A stretch of 20,344 bases of DNA from Fusobacteriota bacterium (GTDB taxonomy: Bacteria; Fusobacteriota; Fusobacteriia; Fusobacteriales; JBNJFI01). The stretch's first letter is position 1. Each line of letters starts with the position of its first letter. Below the pieces are notes generated by a model that worked only from the letters and a program-made list of their open reading frames with translations, made no database searches and was not told the DNA's origin. This document shows positions 1 through 8,593 of this stretch, piece after piece. The DNA is taken from the NCBI GenBank assembly GCA_051746725.1, contig JBNJFI010000032.1, positions 1 through 20,344 of the forward strand, read 5' to 3'. Made by a program: the position numbers and the translations under genes.

Positions 1-74
1 TTATCTTTAAAAAATTCTGCTCCTGTAGAAATGATGGATAGAGATAATAATAAAATTAATATTATTTTCTTCAT
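1..74 (-). CDS. 5' end of a secreted/periplasmic protein (partial, runs off the window edge)
   Basis: Manual translation from ATG at 74 gives MKKIILILLLSLSIISTGAEFFKD..., a basic N-terminus plus hydrophobic core typical of a signal peptide. A G-rich RBS (AAGGGGG) lies just upstream, and the start is 21 bp after the uvrA stop. Confidence 0.7.
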   Translation of the reverse strand, partial: MKKIILILLLSLSIISTGAEFFKD

Positions 75-95
75 GATTCCCCCTTTTTAAATGTT

Positions 96-2927
96 TTATT
101 CTGGGTTATTAGATAATAACTCTTTTAAAAAGCTTCCAGTATAGGATTTCTTATTTTTTATTAATTCTTCAGGAGTCCCTTCTCCTATAACTAAACCACC
201 TTTTTCTCCACCTTCTGGACCTAAATCTATAATGTGGTCAGAAGTTTTTATAACATCTAAATTATGTTCTATAACTACTACACTGTTCCCTTTATCAACT
301 AATCTTTGAAGAACAGATAATAATTTTTTTATATCTTCGAAATGTAATCCCGTTGTAGGTTCATCTAAAATATACATAGTATGTCCTCTAGATTGCTTAG
401 CTAATTCTGATGCAAGTTTTATCCTCTGAGCTTCTCCACCTGACAAAGTTGTCGCCGGTTGACCAAGTTTTATATATTCTAGACCAACCTCTTTTAAAAC
501 TCTTAATCTTCGTTCTAAAGAAGGTATGCTTTGAAAAAAATCATAAGCTTCTTCTACAGTCATATCTAATACCTGGGCAATATTTTTACCTTTATAATAT
601 ACTTCTAGAGTTTCTCTATTATATCTTTTTCCATTGCAGACTTCGCATGTGACGTAGACATCTGGAAGAAAATTCATCTCTATTTTCTCTCTTCCAGCTC
701 CACCACAAGATTCACATCTTCCTCCTTTGACATTAAAACTAAATCTCCCTTTATCATAACCTCGAATTTTTGCACCTTTAGTCTGTTCAAATATTTTCCT
801 TATATAATCAAAAACTTTTGTGTAAGTTGCTGGATTTGATCTGGGAGTTCTTCCTATTGGGGATTGATCAATATCTATAACTTTATCTAGTTTTTCAATT
901 CCTTCTATTTTTTTATATTCCAATGGATAACTTTTACCTCTATTTAACTCCTCGAAAAGAACTGGAAATACTGTTTGGTTTATTAAACTACTTTTACCTG
1001 ATCCAGATACTCCAGTTATTGCAGTAAATATTTTTAAAGGGATTTTAACATCTAAGTTTTTTAAATTATGTCCTTTAGCCCCTTTTATTTCTATAAATTC
1101 TTCCCAGTTTCTCCTTTTTTGAGGAACCTCTATTTTTCTTTCACCTTTAAGATATTTTCCAGTAATAGATCTTTTTAGTCTTTTTAGTTGATTTATACTA
1201 CCTTTTGCTACTATTTCTCCTCCATTCACTCCAGCTCTTGGCCCCATATCTATAACGTAATCAGCTTCTCTTATAGTCTCTTCATCATGCTCTACTATTA
1301 TAAGAGTATTCCCTAAATCACGTAAATCTTTCAACGTTTCAAGAAGTCGTTGATTATCTCTTTGGTGTAACCCAATACTTGGTTCATCTAAAACATATAC
1401 AACTCCTGTTAACCCAGCTCCAATCTGAGTTGCAAGCCTAATCCTCTGAGCTTCTCCTCCAGATAAAGTTTTAGTTAATCTATCCAAAGTAAGATAATCT
1501 AGTCCTACATTTATTAAAAATCTTAACCTTTCTTGTATCTCTTTTAAGATTTCCTCTGCTATTTTTCTTTCTTTTTTGCTTAAATTGATATTATCAAAAA
1601 AGTTAATAGCTCCATTGATACTAAGCTGAGTTACATCCATGATATCTTTATCTTCGATTGTAACAGCTAAAACTTCAGGAATTAATTTTTTACCATCACA
1701 TTTTTTACATTTTTTTTCAACCATGAATTTTTTTTCTATATTTTCCTTAACACGATTAGAATTAGTCTTTTTATATCTTCTTTCAATATTGTTTACAATT
1801 CCTTCAAAAGCTTTATAACCATCATAATTAAAATTAGACCCATTATACTCTATTTTAATCTTCTCATCTGTACCATAAAATATTAAATTCTTTTCATCGT
1901 CTGTCAAATCTTTAACCTTTTTATCTAAGTCTATACCAAAATGATTAGCAGTAGATTCAAATTGATTCCAAACCCATCCTTTGGAAGAGTTAGCTCCTGG
2001 AATATAGATTCCTCCATCACGAAGTGATACATTTTTATCTAATATAAGTTTGCTCTCTTCAACTTCTAGACTTTGTCCTAAACCATTACACTTAGGACAG
2101 GCCCCATAGGGAGCATTAAATGAAAATACCCTTGGAGTTATTTCAGGTAAACTAATATCACAATCAGGACAAGCAAAGTGCTCGCTATAATGATTATCTT
2201 CTCCATTTACCTCCATAATTAAAAATCCTTCAGATAGTCCTAATCCCGCTTCAATTGCTTCTGTTAGTCTCTCTCTAAATTCTTTATTATCTTTTTTGCA
2301 CTTTAATCTATCAATTACCACTTCTATATTATGTTTAATATTTTTGTCTAAATTTATCTCATCTTCTAGATAATATATCTGCCCATCTATTCTTGCACGT
2401 ACATACCCTTTTTTGATAAGATTTAAAATTAAATTTTTATGTTCTCCTTTTTTACTTCTTACAACAGGTGCTAATACTATTAATTTATCTCCGGGTTTAT
2501 TTTTTTCTAAAACAGTATCCACTATCTCTTGTGCACTTTGACTTGTAATTTCTTGACCGCAATTTGGACAATGCGGTGTTCCTACATGAGCGTATAATAA
2601 CCTCATATAATCATAAATTTCAGTCATAGTTCCTACTGTAGACCTTGGATTTTTACTTATACTTTTTTGCTCAATTGATATTGCAGGTGATAATCCATCT
2701 ATACTATCAACCTTTGGTTTTGTCATTTGTCCTATAAATTGCCTGGCATATGCAGACAGGCTTTCAACATATCTTCTCTGTCCTTCTGAGTATATTGTGT
2801 CAAATGCCAAAGATGACTTTCCAGATCCAGAAACTCCTGTTATTACAACCATTTTATCTTTTGGTATCTTTATATCAATATTTTTTAAATTATGTTCTCT
2901 TGCTCCTTTTATTATTATTTTATCCAT
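96..2927 (-). CDS. uvrA: Excinuclease ABC subunit A (UvrA), 943 aa
   Basis: N-terminus KGAREHNLKNI, two Walker A motifs GVSGSGKSS, two LSGGEAQR signatures, LDEP Walker B motifs and six CxxC zinc-finger pairs. Start moved from 2957 to ATG 2927 (MDKIII) because AAGGAGG lies just upstream of it. Confidence 0.98.
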   Translation of the reverse strand: MDKIIIKGAREHNLKNIDIKIPKDKMVVITGVSGSGKSSLAFDTIYSEGQRRYVESLSAYARQFIGQMTKPKVDSIDGLSPAISIEQKSISKNPRSTVGTMTEIYDYMRLLYAHVGTPHCPNCGQEITSQSAQEIVDTVLEKNKPGDKLIVLAPVVRSKKGEHKNLILNLIKKGYVRARIDGQIYYLEDEINLDKNIKHNIEVVIDRLKCKKDNKEFRERLTEAIEAGLGLSEGFLIMEVNGEDNHYSEHFACPDCDISLPEITPRVFSFNAPYGACPKCNGLGQSLEVEESKLILDKNVSLRDGGIYIPGANSSKGWVWNQFESTANHFGIDLDKKVKDLTDDEKNLIFYGTDEKIKIEYNGSNFNYDGYKAFEGIVNNIERRYKKTNSNRVKENIEKKFMVEKKCKKCDGKKLIPEVLAVTIEDKDIMDVTQLSINGAINFFDNINLSKKERKIAEEILKEIQERLRFLINVGLDYLTLDRLTKTLSGGEAQRIRLATQIGAGLTGVVYVLDEPSIGLHQRDNQRLLETLKDLRDLGNTLIIVEHDEETIREADYVIDMGPRAGVNGGEIVAKGSINQLKRLKRSITGKYLKGERKIEVPQKRRNWEEFIEIKGAKGHNLKNLDVKIPLKIFTAITGVSGSGKSSLINQTVFPVLFEELNRGKSYPLEYKKIEGIEKLDKVIDIDQSPIGRTPRSNPATYTKVFDYIRKIFEQTKGAKIRGYDKGRFSFNVKGGRCESCGGAGREKIEMNFLPDVYVTCEVCNGKRYNRETLEVYYKGKNIAQVLDMTVEEAYDFFQSIPSLERRLRVLKEVGLEYIKLGQPATTLSGGEAQRIKLASELAKQSRGHTMYILDEPTTGLHFEDIKKLLSVLQRLVDKGNSVVVIEHNLDVIKTSDHIIDLGPEGGEKGGLVIGEGTPEELIKNKKSYTGSFLKELLSNNPE

Positions 2928-3026
2928 TATATCCTCCTTAAAAACAATTAAACTCATAAAAAGTCAAATCTAATTAATATATTATAATTATTTAATATTC
3001 TATATCTTTTAACGCTTCATATAATT

Positions 3027-3055
3027 ATTATACCTTATTTTTTCTTAATTATCAA
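3027..3055 (-). promoter_or_regulatory. Putative sigma70-type promoter of uvrA
   Basis: Minus strand reads TTGATA (3055-3050) - 17 nt - TATAAT (3032-3027). Confidence 0.6.
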
Positions 3056-3115
3056 TTTTATTTAGGAAATATAATTTATGATTTTTTATGTTTCTTAATA
3101 TTATAATTTTAAAGC

Positions 3116-3154
3116 AAAAAAAAGAAAAGAGACTCTTTAAGAGCCTCTTTTCTT
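3116..3154 (-). terminator. Intrinsic terminator of the starch-binding lipoprotein gene
   Basis: 14-bp stem (3122-3135/3141-3154). Its single mismatch becomes a G-U pair on the minus strand, and it is followed by a U-run on that strand. It sits 11 bp after the stop codon. Confidence 0.85.
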
Positions 3155-3165
3155 GTACATAAAAT

Positions 3166-5079
3166 TTAGTAAAAAGATGGATATATAGTGTTTACTGATT
3201 CATAGTAATTATTAATTTCATTTATTGTGTTATTTCCACCTAACTCCCATTGTACATTTTCAGTAGAAATTTTCCTACTTTCAGAATTCTCAGCTTTAAC
3301 AACTTTATAATTAGCATTTTCAGGGAAATTCCCATATATAGACCATGTGTTTGTATTTGAATTATAGCTCATCTTAGTAGCCTCTGTCCAATTTCCTAAA
3401 TGTTCCGTTTCTCCTGTAATGTACAAAGCTTCATTGGAATTTAAATTTAAATTTTCAGCCTTAATTCTAACTTGAGCCATTGCAACATGCACTTCAATTT
3501 CTGTTATTTCAGAAGGACTACTTGTTCCTGATATGTTATACTTGGTTACTGTTGAGTGACTTGATGTCATTTTAAATATACTGAATTCATAATCTCCTTC
3601 ATCTAACTCAACTTCTATAGTTCCATTTTCATTTGTAGTTCCCAGTCTGTCACCTGCATGCCAATCTCCTAAAAATACTCCCATATTATTAACAGGAACA
3701 GATATTAATTCTCCTTCATTTATATAGTCTGCTAAAACTTTTATTTTCACAGTACCTTTTTCAACTGATACTTCTTCTTGATAACAACTCATATCTGGGT
3801 TTACACTTTCCCATTCTTCTGTTATCTCAAAAGTAGTTTCACCGAAATACCTAATTCCATTTACAGTTTTATCAAGCACTATTTTATAACTACCAATTTC
3901 TTTTTCTTTAAATGAAATTTCAGCTCCGTCAATACCATGATAGATATAAAAGCTATTTATATCTTGATTTCCTATAAAGTTACCATTTTTGTATACATCC
4001 ACTTCTAAACCTATTAATGGACTTGAATTTCCCATAGAGCTACTAAAACCTTCTAAATCTGGTCTAATAATTATATTATCTTGCATAATAGTTTCTGTTA
4101 ATTCTAAACTTAAACTAAGATCTTCACCACTTAATACAGAGAAATCTTGGCTTTCTCCTTCATATTTCCATTTCCCATCTACATAGCTTTCATATATTTT
4201 AATTTTATATATTCCTGGTTGAACATTAAAGCTAGAAGATAAACCTTGATTTCCATTTAGAATCTCTGCTCCGTCTATTAGTGAATAATTTTCATTGTTC
4301 TTTTCATATACCATTACTTGTTTTCCTACTAAATTTTCAATATTTCCTATAACTTCATCTGTAAATGAAATATCTACAGATACCTCGGCTAATTCCACAT
4401 TAGTCTCTTTAAATGAATATTCTTTAGTTGCATCATTAAATGACAGTACATATGTCCCGTAGTCATTAAAATCAATATTATCTCCAGATTGATCTGCTAT
4501 TCCATCGGAATTATCATCTCCAAAATTTAAACTCCAATCTCCATATACATCAAATTTAAAGGAATTTAGACCATTAATTTCTAGTTCCCAAGTATTATCC
4601 GCAACCAAATTCATTGCTGTTTTTTCCCAATTATTTTGACTCCCTCTGTAATACATTGTTTCGTAATTTGAAGAAAATCCTTCTTCAATTTTTGAAGCAC
4701 TCACTGATTTCGTAGTTTCATCAAAAGTGATCTCATATTTTCCGGCACCATCTGTTATCTGATAATCTTCTGCTGGATAAGATTCAATCCAATCTTCAGA
4801 TACATCAATTTTAAATCTCTCATCTGTACCATTACCAAATTCCGCAATTGTTTTCCAAGTTGATTCTCCATTTAAATCCATTTCAAGTTTATTCCAGTTA
4901 TTAGCTGTTCCTCTAAAATATACAACTTCATATTCAGATCCACTTGTTCTTTTAATAGTCCCTCTTTTTAAATCTTCTTTTACATCTACTCCTGTTTCAG
5001 AGTCCTCTGATATACATCCCCCTACGATAAATAAAATTCCAAGTAAAACTAATTTCATTGCTACAGTTACTTTTTTCAT
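3166..5079 (-). CDS. Modular, apparently non-catalytic starch/alpha-glucan-binding lipoprotein: two X25-like modules, Ig-like spacers and a C-terminal CBM20-like module
   Basis: Lipobox-like FIVGG-C22. Two related modules YFRGTANNW...FKIDV.EDW (aa ~50-130) and YYRGSQNNW...FKFDV.GDW (aa ~139-224). The C-terminus ALYITGETEHLGNW...TW...YKVV...QWELGGNN fits the CBM20 pattern. No GH13 catalytic motifs seen. AGGAGGG RBS. Confidence 0.75.
   Translation of the reverse strand: MKKVTVAMKLVLLGILFIVGGCISEDSETGVDVKEDLKRGTIKRTSGSEYEVVYFRGTANNWNKLEMDLNGESTWKTIAEFGNGTDERFKIDVSEDWIESYPAEDYQITDGAGKYEITFDETTKSVSASKIEEGFSSNYETMYYRGSQNNWEKTAMNLVADNTWELEINGLNSFKFDVYGDWSLNFGDDNSDGIADQSGDNIDFNDYGTYVLSFNDATKEYSFKETNVELAEVSVDISFTDEVIGNIENLVGKQVMVYEKNNENYSLIDGAEILNGNQGLSSSFNVQPGIYKIKIYESYVDGKWKYEGESQDFSVLSGEDLSLSLELTETIMQDNIIIRPDLEGFSSSMGNSSPLIGLEVDVYKNGNFIGNQDINSFYIYHGIDGAEISFKEKEIGSYKIVLDKTVNGIRYFGETTFEITEEWESVNPDMSCYQEEVSVEKGTVKIKVLADYINEGELISVPVNNMGVFLGDWHAGDRLGTTNENGTIEVELDEGDYEFSIFKMTSSHSTVTKYNISGTSSPSEITEIEVHVAMAQVRIKAENLNLNSNEALYITGETEHLGNWTEATKMSYNSNTNTWSIYGNFPENANYKVVKAENSESRKISTENVQWELGGNNTINEINNYYESVNTIYPSFY
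4408..4932 (-). repeat. Tandem duplicated ~85-aa carbohydrate-binding-like module inside the lipoprotein gene
   Basis: YEVVYFRGTANNWNKLEMDL..STW..FKIDVSEDW..GKYEITFDETTK aligns by eye with YETMYYRGSQNNWEKTAMNL..NTW..FKFDVYGDW..GTYVLSFNDATK. Confidence 0.85.
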
Positions 5080-5137
5080 TTTTCCCTCCTATATTTTTTT
5101 TAAATTTACTACCCCTTTAATATTTGATACATATGAT

Positions 5138-5166
5138 ATTTTACACTTTAATACAAAGCTTTGCAA
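5138..5166 (-). promoter_or_regulatory. Putative promoter of the lipoprotein gene
   Basis: Minus strand TTGCAA (5166-5161) - 17 nt - TAAAAT (5143-5138). Confidence 0.5.
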
Positions 5167-5406
5167 GTCAAAATAATGAACAAAGTTTGTTAAAATTATG
5201 ATCTTTTTAGCTTAAACAGTACAAATAAATCTTGTATTATTTTTAACATACACTATATTAAAGGCTCAAAAGAAAGTCCTTGTTTTGCTTCATGGTCAAA
5301 AATTTAAAAAATAATTCAAATATTTTTTGTTTTTTTTAATATATGTATATATTTAAGTTATGTGATTTTTTTATATATTATTCTGATCACTTTTTGTATA
5401 TTTAAT

Positions 5407-5444
5407 AAAAAAAGAGAGTAATAGTTGTTAACTACCACTCTCTT
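5407..5444 (-). terminator. Intrinsic terminator downstream of the 107-aa hypothetical gene
   Basis: Minus-strand RNA AAGAGAGUGGUAGUU-AAC-AACUAUUACUCUCUU followed by a U-run. The two mismatches are G-U pairs only in the minus orientation. Confidence 0.85.
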
Positions 5445-5474
5445 ATATGAGAAAATTTCTATTTTTTATTAAAT

Positions 5475-5798
5475 TTAATGATCACTTTTTTGTCTAGACT
5501 CCCACATACCTCTATTTATAATAGCTCCTAACATAACTTCTTCAGCATTTACATTTTCATTTTCTAACTCTTTTACTATTTCATCAACAGTTATATTTTT
5601 TTTATCTTTTTTGATCTCTCCATTTTCATCAACATAATCCCAGATTTTTTTTATATGTAACTTTTTTTTAGCATAAATAATATCTTCGCCTCCTGTACGA
5701 TGATCTTCTCCTCCTTGTTCATACCAACCCTTTGTTTTATCCAGATATATTTCCCCATTTTCCTCTAATACTGTTTTAACAGCTTCGTTTAACTTCAT
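5475..5798 (-). CDS. Hypothetical protein, 107 aa, hydrophilic
   Basis: ORF with AAGGGAG RBS and its own terminator. No family recognised. Confidence 0.75.
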   Translation of the reverse strand: MKLNEAVKTVLEENGEIYLDKTKGWYEQGGEDHRTGGEDIIYAKKKLHIKKIWDYVDENGEIKKDKKNITVDEIVKELENENVNAEEVMLGAIINRGMWESRQKSDH

Positions 5799-5835
5799 AT
5801 TATATCTCCCTTCTGTATTTATAAATTTTTATTCT

Positions 5836-5872
5836 AAAAAAATAAAGAACTCTAAATTAAATTAGAGTTCTT
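5836..5872 (-). terminator. Intrinsic terminator after the thrS-yccA-like genes
   Basis: Perfect 11-bp inverted repeat AAGAACTCTAA (5845-5855) / TTAGAGTTCTT (5862-5872), followed on the minus strand by UAUUUUUUU. Confidence 0.75.
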
Positions 5873-5886
5873 ATAAGAAGAGATTA

Positions 5887-6591
5887 TTAATCTCTTTTTC
5901 CAAAAATTCGTAATAAATATATAAATAGATTTATAAAATCTAGATATAACTTTAAAGCACCAAAAATTGCATATTTTTCAGCAACTTCTGTATTACCATT
6001 GGACATTTGTACTGCCATTGCTTTAATTCTATTTACATCATACCCGATTAAAGCTGTAAATATAAATACTCCTGCATAACTTATTATCCAGTATAGCCCT
6101 GGAAGTCTCAAAAAAGCATTTATAAATGATGCTATAATTAAGACTATTAAACTCACCATCAATAATGGTCTAAACTTCGAAAGGTCTTCTTTTGTTGTAT
6201 ATCCATATACTGCCATAACTCCAAATATACTAACTGTAATACCTAATGTCAATAGCACTGACATTGGATCAAAAAAGACCACAAATAATGAAAAAGTAAG
6301 ACCTGTCAAAAGAGCATAAGTTAAAAACAATATCTTAGCCATATTTGCAGAAATTTTATTTATCAAAAAAGATAAACCTAAAACTATTCCAAACTGCATT
6401 ATTATTAAAAATAATGAAGAAGATTGTACAAAATTCATTAAAGATCGAGTATTAATAACCTTCCACATCACCATTCCAGTTAATATTAATGCTGTAAACA
6501 TCCAACCAAATACTTTAGTCAGAAATTCAGATGCTACTTCTGAACCCATTCTACTTGAATACCTTTTTTGTTCATTGGAAATCCCAAACAT
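5887..6591 (-). CDS. Bax inhibitor-1/YccA family integral membrane protein, 234 aa
   Basis: About seven hydrophobic segments, FLTKVFGWM, YGYTTKEDLS, IGYDVNRIK and the C-terminal ALKLYLDFINLFIYLLRIFG family signature. Start moved to ATG 6591 because GAGGTG (6603-6598) is a well-spaced RBS. Confidence 0.93.
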   Translation of the reverse strand: MFGISNEQKRYSSRMGSEVASEFLTKVFGWMFTALILTGMVMWKVINTRSLMNFVQSSSLFLIIMQFGIVLGLSFLINKISANMAKILFLTYALLTGLTFSLFVVFFDPMSVLLTLGITVSIFGVMAVYGYTTKEDLSKFRPLLMVSLIVLIIASFINAFLRLPGLYWIISYAGVFIFTALIGYDVNRIKAMAVQMSNGNTEVAEKYAIFGALKLYLDFINLFIYLLRIFGKRD

Positions 6592-6627
6592 AATTATCAC
6601 CTCTTCTAATTAATATGAAATATTAAT

Positions 6628-8535
6628 TTATTTTTTAAATTTTACCTTTGCTTCTTCTATTATATTTTCAATAAATTTCATCTTACCAAAATTCTCACTT
6701 TTTTTACTTCCAAATCTTCTAATATTTACTTCGCCTTTTTCTTCCTCTTGGCTTCCTATTATAACTTGAACAGGTATTTTATTAAGGTTTGCTTCTCTTA
6801 TCTTAAACCCTATCTTTTCAGCTCTATCATCTAACTGGGCTCTAATTCCTTTTTCTTCTAATTGTTTCATTATATCTTTAGCATACTCATTTTGATCATC
6901 AGATATAGTCAAGAATTTAACTTGTACTGGAGCCAACCATAATGGAAATTCACCTTCATAATGTTCTATTAATATCCCCATGAATCTTTCTAAACTACCA
7001 TACATCGCTCTATGTATCATAACCGGTCTATGTTTTTCTCCATCTTCGCCTATATAGTTAAGATCAAATCTTTCTGGTAAGTTAAAGTCCAGTTGTATAG
7101 TTCCACACTGCCAAATTCTTCCTATTGCATCTTTTAATTTAAAGTCTAATTTAGGACCATAAAAAGCACCGTCCCCTGGATTCATCTTATAATCTCTTCC
7201 AGATTTTTTCATTGCTCCTTCTAGAGCTTTTTCTGCAGTTTCCCATATTGCATCCTCTCCTATTGCCTTTTCAGGTTTAGTCGATAACTCAATATGAAAA
7301 TCTAAATCAAATAAATCATAAAATTTTTCATATAAATCTATTACTTTTATAACTTCATCTTCTATTTGATCAGGGGTCATAAATATATGGGCATCATCTT
7401 GTGTAAAAGCTCTTACTCTCATAAGTCCATGTAAAGATCCACTTAGTTCATGTCTATGAACTAATCCCATTTCACCTATTCTCATTGGAAAATCTCGATA
7501 AGAGTGAGATCCGTTTTTATAAACTAAAATACAACCTGGGCAATTCATTGGTTTTATAGCAACATCTTCATCATCTATAACACTTGTATACATATTTTCT
7601 TTATAATTAAACCAATGACCAGAAGTTTCCCAAAGAGATCTATTTAATATAATTGGAGTTTGTATCTCTTCATAACCAGCTTTTTTGTGCTCATCCCTCC
7701 ATATCTCCATTAATTTATTTTTAATTACCATCCCTTTTGGTAAAAAGAATGGGAATCCTGGACCAAAATCACTCATGGTAAAAAGATCTAACTCTTTACC
7801 TATTTTTCTATGATCTCTCTTTTCAGCTTCTTTTAATAAATTTATATGTTTTTTTAACTCTTTTTTCTTAGCAAATGCATATCCATATATTCTTTGTAAC
7901 ATCTTATTATCTGCATCTCCACGCCAATAAGCGCCAGCTACGCTTTTCAATTTAAAGGCCTTCAAATATTTTGTTGATGGTACATGAGGTCCTCTACATA
8001 AATCAACAAAGTCCCCTTGATTATAAAGATTAACAACTTCATCGTCAAATGATTTTATAAGTTCTACTTTATATTTTTCTCCTTTATCTTCAAAATACTT
8101 AATTGCTTCTTCTTTAGGCATAACTTTCTTTTTAAATTCTAAATCTTCTTTAACTATTTTTTTCATCTCTTTTTCAATCTTTTCTAAATCAGAATCTGTA
8201 AAATTATGTTCTAAGTCAAAGTCATAATAGAAACCATCTTCTATAGCAGGACCTATTGCAACTTTTGCATCAGGAAATAACCTAGTAACTGCCTGTGCCA
8301 TAACATGGGCTGCACTGTGTCTTATGATTTCAACTCCTTCATCTGTTCTAGGTGTTATTATTTCTAATTTTGCATCATTTTCTACTACGTAAGACATATC
8401 AACTGGTTTTCCATCTACCTTTCCAGCCAATGCAACTCTTGCAAGTCCGGCTCCTATAGTTTCTGCTATTTCCATAACAGATACCGCTTTTTCAAATCCA
8501 AGTTCACTTCCATCTGGTAATGTTATAATTATCAT
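6628..8535 (-). CDS. thrS: Threonine--tRNA ligase
   Basis: TGS N-terminus (ITLPDG), editing-domain RHSAAH and DLCRGPH, KPMNCPG, GLMRVRAFTQDDAH, GDGAFYGPKLD, HRAMYGSLERF. AGGAGG RBS. Confidence 0.98.
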   Translation of the reverse strand: MIIITLPDGSELGFEKAVSVMEIAETIGAGLARVALAGKVDGKPVDMSYVVENDAKLEIITPRTDEGVEIIRHSAAHVMAQAVTRLFPDAKVAIGPAIEDGFYYDFDLEHNFTDSDLEKIEKEMKKIVKEDLEFKKKVMPKEEAIKYFEDKGEKYKVELIKSFDDEVVNLYNQGDFVDLCRGPHVPSTKYLKAFKLKSVAGAYWRGDADNKMLQRIYGYAFAKKKELKKHINLLKEAEKRDHRKIGKELDLFTMSDFGPGFPFFLPKGMVIKNKLMEIWRDEHKKAGYEEIQTPIILNRSLWETSGHWFNYKENMYTSVIDDEDVAIKPMNCPGCILVYKNGSHSYRDFPMRIGEMGLVHRHELSGSLHGLMRVRAFTQDDAHIFMTPDQIEDEVIKVIDLYEKFYDLFDLDFHIELSTKPEKAIGEDAIWETAEKALEGAMKKSGRDYKMNPGDGAFYGPKLDFKLKDAIGRIWQCGTIQLDFNLPERFDLNYIGEDGEKHRPVMIHRAMYGSLERFMGILIEHYEGEFPLWLAPVQVKFLTISDDQNEYAKDIMKQLEEKGIRAQLDDRAEKIGFKIREANLNKIPVQVIIGSQEEEKGEVNIRRFGSKKSENFGKMKFIENIIEEAKVKFKK

Positions 8536-8593
8536 TTTTTCCTCCTAATTTTTTGTAAATGTTCCTATTTATATATTTTAATTTTTAAATCTA

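Noticed and set aside
410..2941. Plus-strand ORFs 410-652 and 2750-2941
   Set aside because: Both lie antisense inside uvrA, lack an RBS and show no protein-like motifs; shadow ORFs.
3166..5079. Calling the lipoprotein an alpha-amylase or pullulanase
   Set aside because: None of the GH13 conserved regions is present; the similarity is limited to accessory binding modules.
5220..5320. Possible c-di-GMP-type riboswitch upstream of the lipoprotein (GAAGCAAAAC on the minus strand)
   Set aside because: Only a fragmentary resemblance; I could not build the two required stems. An Infernal/Rfam scan would be decisive.
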